Assembly: GCF_009914755.1 (NCBI RefSeq)
Contig: NC_060928.1
Source of the DNA: the human T2T-CHM13v2.0 reference genome, Homo sapiens
Length of the DNA: 64,000 bases
Strand: one strand, 5' to 3'
Shown here in pieces: positions 59,700 to 64,000 of this stretch. The translations under genes were made by a program, and so were the position numbers. Under the pieces are notes generated by a model. It worked only from the letters and a program-made list of their open reading frames with translations, was not told the DNA's origin and searched no databases. Within the stretch, counting starts at the first letter, position 1. The number at the start of each line of letters is the position of its first letter.

Positions 59700-60645
59700 C
59701 TCAGTTAACTCTTTTGGTCTTCTCAGGAAGCATCTTCTTCGTGAAATCATCATCAATAAAAATCTTCAATGCTTAGCTTCAAGTTTGCAGGTATTGTTTC
59801 TTTTCATGCAAGTTTTCTTGATCTTTCCAACCGCATTGTGGCTCTTTCCTCCTTGCTATACCGCAGTGCTTTGTCTATGCTCTATTAGCGAGGTATCTCT
59901 TCGGAGAAGGTGCATTTTGTGTTGCTGTATTCCCATTTCAGTCTCATCTCACCCAATCTCAGTTACCCATAATAGGCTCTTTTCTCCTCCACTTCCTTTT
60001 CTCAGTCACCCAATCTCAGTGGACTGGAAGATCTTATTCATGAAACCTGAGACTCCAGGGTTACTCTAGAGTACCCCGAAAACTGGAGAAATCCACAACT
60101 TTAACATCTATATTTTTACAGCAAAGATACTCTAGAGTATCTTAAAAGCTAAAATCCACAATATTAATATCTATATTTTTATGGCAAGGTAGAAATATAT
60201 CAGTAGAATGCTAGAGTCCTCTCTGCTGGCAATGCTACCACTGATGTATGGGAACTTCACATCGACTATCAAAATCAACTCTGCTTTCAGACACTGAAAA
60301 GTGTCATTAGAATCTGAACTTGCAAACACTTCTGAAAGTGTCTTTGTGTTCCAGGCTGGTGAAATACCATGGTGGGACACTGCAGAGGTCATAAAGTTGT
60401 TGGACTCTTTCTCAGAGGCCCGAGCCTTCCAGTCTGAATTCATTATGGTAGTTGGGCATGGGGTTGAACTGGGTGGTACGCAAGCATCCCTGGATGAGCA
60501 GTAAGTGGTGAATTTGCCACCTTGTACTTTAACCAGAGACAAATTCTAAGTTCATATGAACCTTGGCATGAAGAGAAGTCCCACTGAATCCTTCAGTAGC
60601 TGCACATCTTGGGTAGTCTGGCTCAACACTTCCCTCTGAGAAAGC
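59700..60645 (-). pseudogene. Candidate decayed Ser/Thr protein-kinase (CAMK-group-like) exon nested in an ATP8A1 intron
   Basis: One minus frame from acceptor ctcctttgtctgtag|G (60645) reads ...YHNEFRLEGSGL*ERVQQLYDLCSVPPWYFTSLE...FSVSESRV...HCQQRGL*HSTDIFL...NIDVKVVDFSSFRGTLE*...DFTKKMLPEKTKRV, i.e. kinase subdomains III-VIII and XI in order, with many stops. Recognised by eye only. Confidence 0.55.
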
Positions 60646-61491
60646 CTACAGACAAAGGAGTGCAAATGCCAAATTCTCTGTTCTGGGCCTTATCATTAAG
60701 AACTAACTTTACTGTCTTTCATTTTAGCTGAAAAAAATTCTTGCAAATTTCAATTATATGGTATATATATTCACATCAAAATATAATTATCTTCATGACT
60801 TCCTAGTTTATCAATAGCATTTATCACTTCCTCTGACTCAAATCTTTATTCTATGGCTTCTGGTACTCTCTGGAATACTGTATATTCTGTAATGAAAAGA
60901 TGTCTGCCATGACTTACAGTAATGATGTTAATGACATTCAGGTAACTTTTTGTGACCTGGTCTTTGCTCAACTTTCTGGTTCTAGCTCCAATCATTTTCT
61001 GCCTTGGTAACACCACACTTGCTCCTTGCTTGGGCTGTTCTGTACCTGGAAAACTCTTTTCACACCCACCTTCCTGGACAGCTTGGGGAACAGTAGTACC
61101 AAGACACTTTTCCAAACAACAGCTTGGGCGTCCAGCGCTCTCTTCTCTGTTAGTCCCTGTGCATTATGAGCATAACAGCTAGCGTCTTACATCCTAATTG
61201 TCTGTGGGACTACTCCATGACAAACTAGCTCTTCAGAATGGACTCTTTTTGAAACTTTTGATCCACTGAACCCGGTATAGGTCCTGAGACATAGGCACTC
61301 CATAAATCTCAGTTTAATTGAACTGAATTGGGCTCTTACATGGGATGGTTACTTTCTCCACGAAACTAGACAGGGCAGAACACCCAGAAAATAACTAAAG
61401 GGTGTTTCAGATAAACCCCAATATGTTTACAATTATTCTCAGCAGCTTTTGATTACTCAGAGACAAAGAAAACTCTTGGCTTGGGTTATCC

Positions 61492-61520
61492 CAAACAAAC
61501 AAACAAACAAACAAACAAAC
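61492..61520. repeat. (AAAC)n microsatellite
   Basis: Read directly. Confidence 0.9.
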
Positions 61521-62399
61521 ACAAATCTTAGAAAATATGCAAATTAGATACCAGCTCACAGCATTTATGTGCTTCTTTCCTTTGGACATTTCTCTGGGGT
61601 GATGAGGAGCTGAAAAAGGGGTTATCATCTCGTGGGGGCTAAGAACCAATACTCAATCTAGCCATATGATACAAGAAAGAAACTTTGCATCTCTGTTCTC
61701 TGGCAAGAGAGTAATAAAAAAAAAAAACGATTAAAAAAGGTGTTTAGAGGGAAAGGAGGAAGAGCTAGTTGGGACCTGGATAAACTAGAAGTTAATTTTT
61801 ATAAAAAATTTTTTGACTATATATCAATGCATACTGAGAACTAAACATGCAAAAGAAAATAGTCTTTCTAAAAAGGCATCAAGAGCACTAGAAAATGTGC
61901 AGTTCTGAAACTATTCTCTAGGAATATAGTTCCCAGAATAGTGAAGATAATTAAAAACATAATTCGTTTTATTTTAATCTTCATTATTGTCCTATTTAAA
62001 AACTTAAAAGTCGCAGAAAAATGAGGACAGTATTAGTAAAAAAAATTTTTTTCATTAAGAGAAACAAAATTTTAAAATACTATGATGTTATTAAGTAAGT
62101 TGTATGAGACAGGGTATGATATCTCAGTGTTCAATATATTTACTTGTTACACCATTCTTACAGATTTTTATAATTTTGTGATGGTTCTGCATTTTACCTT
62201 TTTAAAAAAATCTTTAAAAAGCCATCTCATAAAGCATCAGTTGTTTGATTACAAATCAGTCTGTAAAACACAATAACCTGCATTTCAAGACTGTAGAAAA
62301 TGATTTTTAAATACCTCAAAACTTCAAAAAGCACTTAGCTAAAGAAAAACAGCTGTTATATGGCTTACATAGAAAAACTGACTTACATGGCTGAGACTT

Positions 62400-63322
<923 letters not shown>

Positions 63323-63499
63323 CAAACTATCTCCAGTTATGAGCTTTATTGAAACAGATGGCACAACGACTTTCATACTTTCTTTCATGAGTATTTCTGG
63401 CCTGTCATTCAAACAAAAACTGTGGTGGTTCCCACACTAGAATGCTGGGCCTGGAGGGCAGAGAGGCAGTCCGCCCTCTGCCCACCTCACTGACCCCAC

Positions 63500-63942
63500 C
63501 TCACAGTGCTCTCTCCAGCTCTCTCTGCTGCAGTCACGGGCCTTGTGTTTGGATGGAAAATCCCGTTGCCACCTTGGAGAATGGGCACCTGCTACTCCTT
63601 GAGCGTGAAATGCTCTTCTTCATATGACAGGTATTCATTCCTGCATCATGTGAGTTTCAGCTTAACCGTCCCAACTTCAGAAAGACCTTCCTGGAACACC
63701 CATTATAATCCTGTCCCCTATCATATCTGTTCTGTGTTCCTCCCGTCACTTATCACTTTGTCAAATTATCTTTACTTATTCTTCATTTAGTCATTTGTTA
63801 ACTGGTTTAGTACCTGTTTCTCCTTCCCATTCCCTGGCCCCCTCAATTAGGCAATGGGGATCCTGCCCAATTAACTTGGTATTGAGGAACAGTGCCTGGC
63901 ACCAATTAAGTCCTCAACACATATTTATGGAATGAATGAATG
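63500..63942 (+). mobile_element. L2 3' fragment
   Basis: aacagtgcctggcac...atatttatggaatgaatgaatg L2 terminus. Confidence 0.65.
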
Positions 63943-64000
63943 CGACAATGAATTGACTCTAGGGCTGAATAGTTAAAGCTGTGCCGTACCAGGAGCAGGC

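Noticed and set aside
60062-60187. Palindromic direct repeats as a CRISPR-like array
   Set aside because: Only two units, the sequence between the palindromes is itself duplicated rather than unique, and the context is a primate intron
60171-60542. 123-aa minus-strand ORF from the track as a real protein
   Set aside because: No ATG start or domain support; apart from a possible Gly-loop fragment, the kinase-like motifs lie in a different, stop-containing frame

Overview
Primate (human-like) genomic DNA, repeat-rich, with two recognisable protein-coding genes in convergent orientation. SHISA3 lies complete on the + strand: CpG-island promoter at about 24.2-27.2 kb, two coding exons (25918-26194 and 28873-29312) giving 238 aa, and a poly(A) signal at 30314. 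The 3' end of the P4-ATPase flippase ATP8A1 lies on the - strand: four final coding exons at 51476-51564, 50666-50758, 42487-42578 and 40776-40873, and an approximately 4.5-kb 3'UTR ending near 36233. Most of the rest is Alu, L1, L2, MIR, solo LTRs (LTR12, MER39-like, THE1, MLT1) and DNA-transposon fossils, and most ORF-track entries are Alu or simple-repeat artefacts. The most interesting unexplained signal is a stop-riddled minus-strand frame at about 59.7-60.65 kb in an ATP8A1 intron that spells protein-kinase subdomains in the right order and near-canonical spacing, behind a good splice acceptor: a candidate decayed nested kinase gene. Also notable are three chained stop/start-overlapping uORFs in the SHISA3 leader and five miR-141/200a seed sites in the ATP8A1 3'UTR. 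Repeat subfamily names and the kinase homology were recognised by eye, without database searches; repeat boundaries are approximate.
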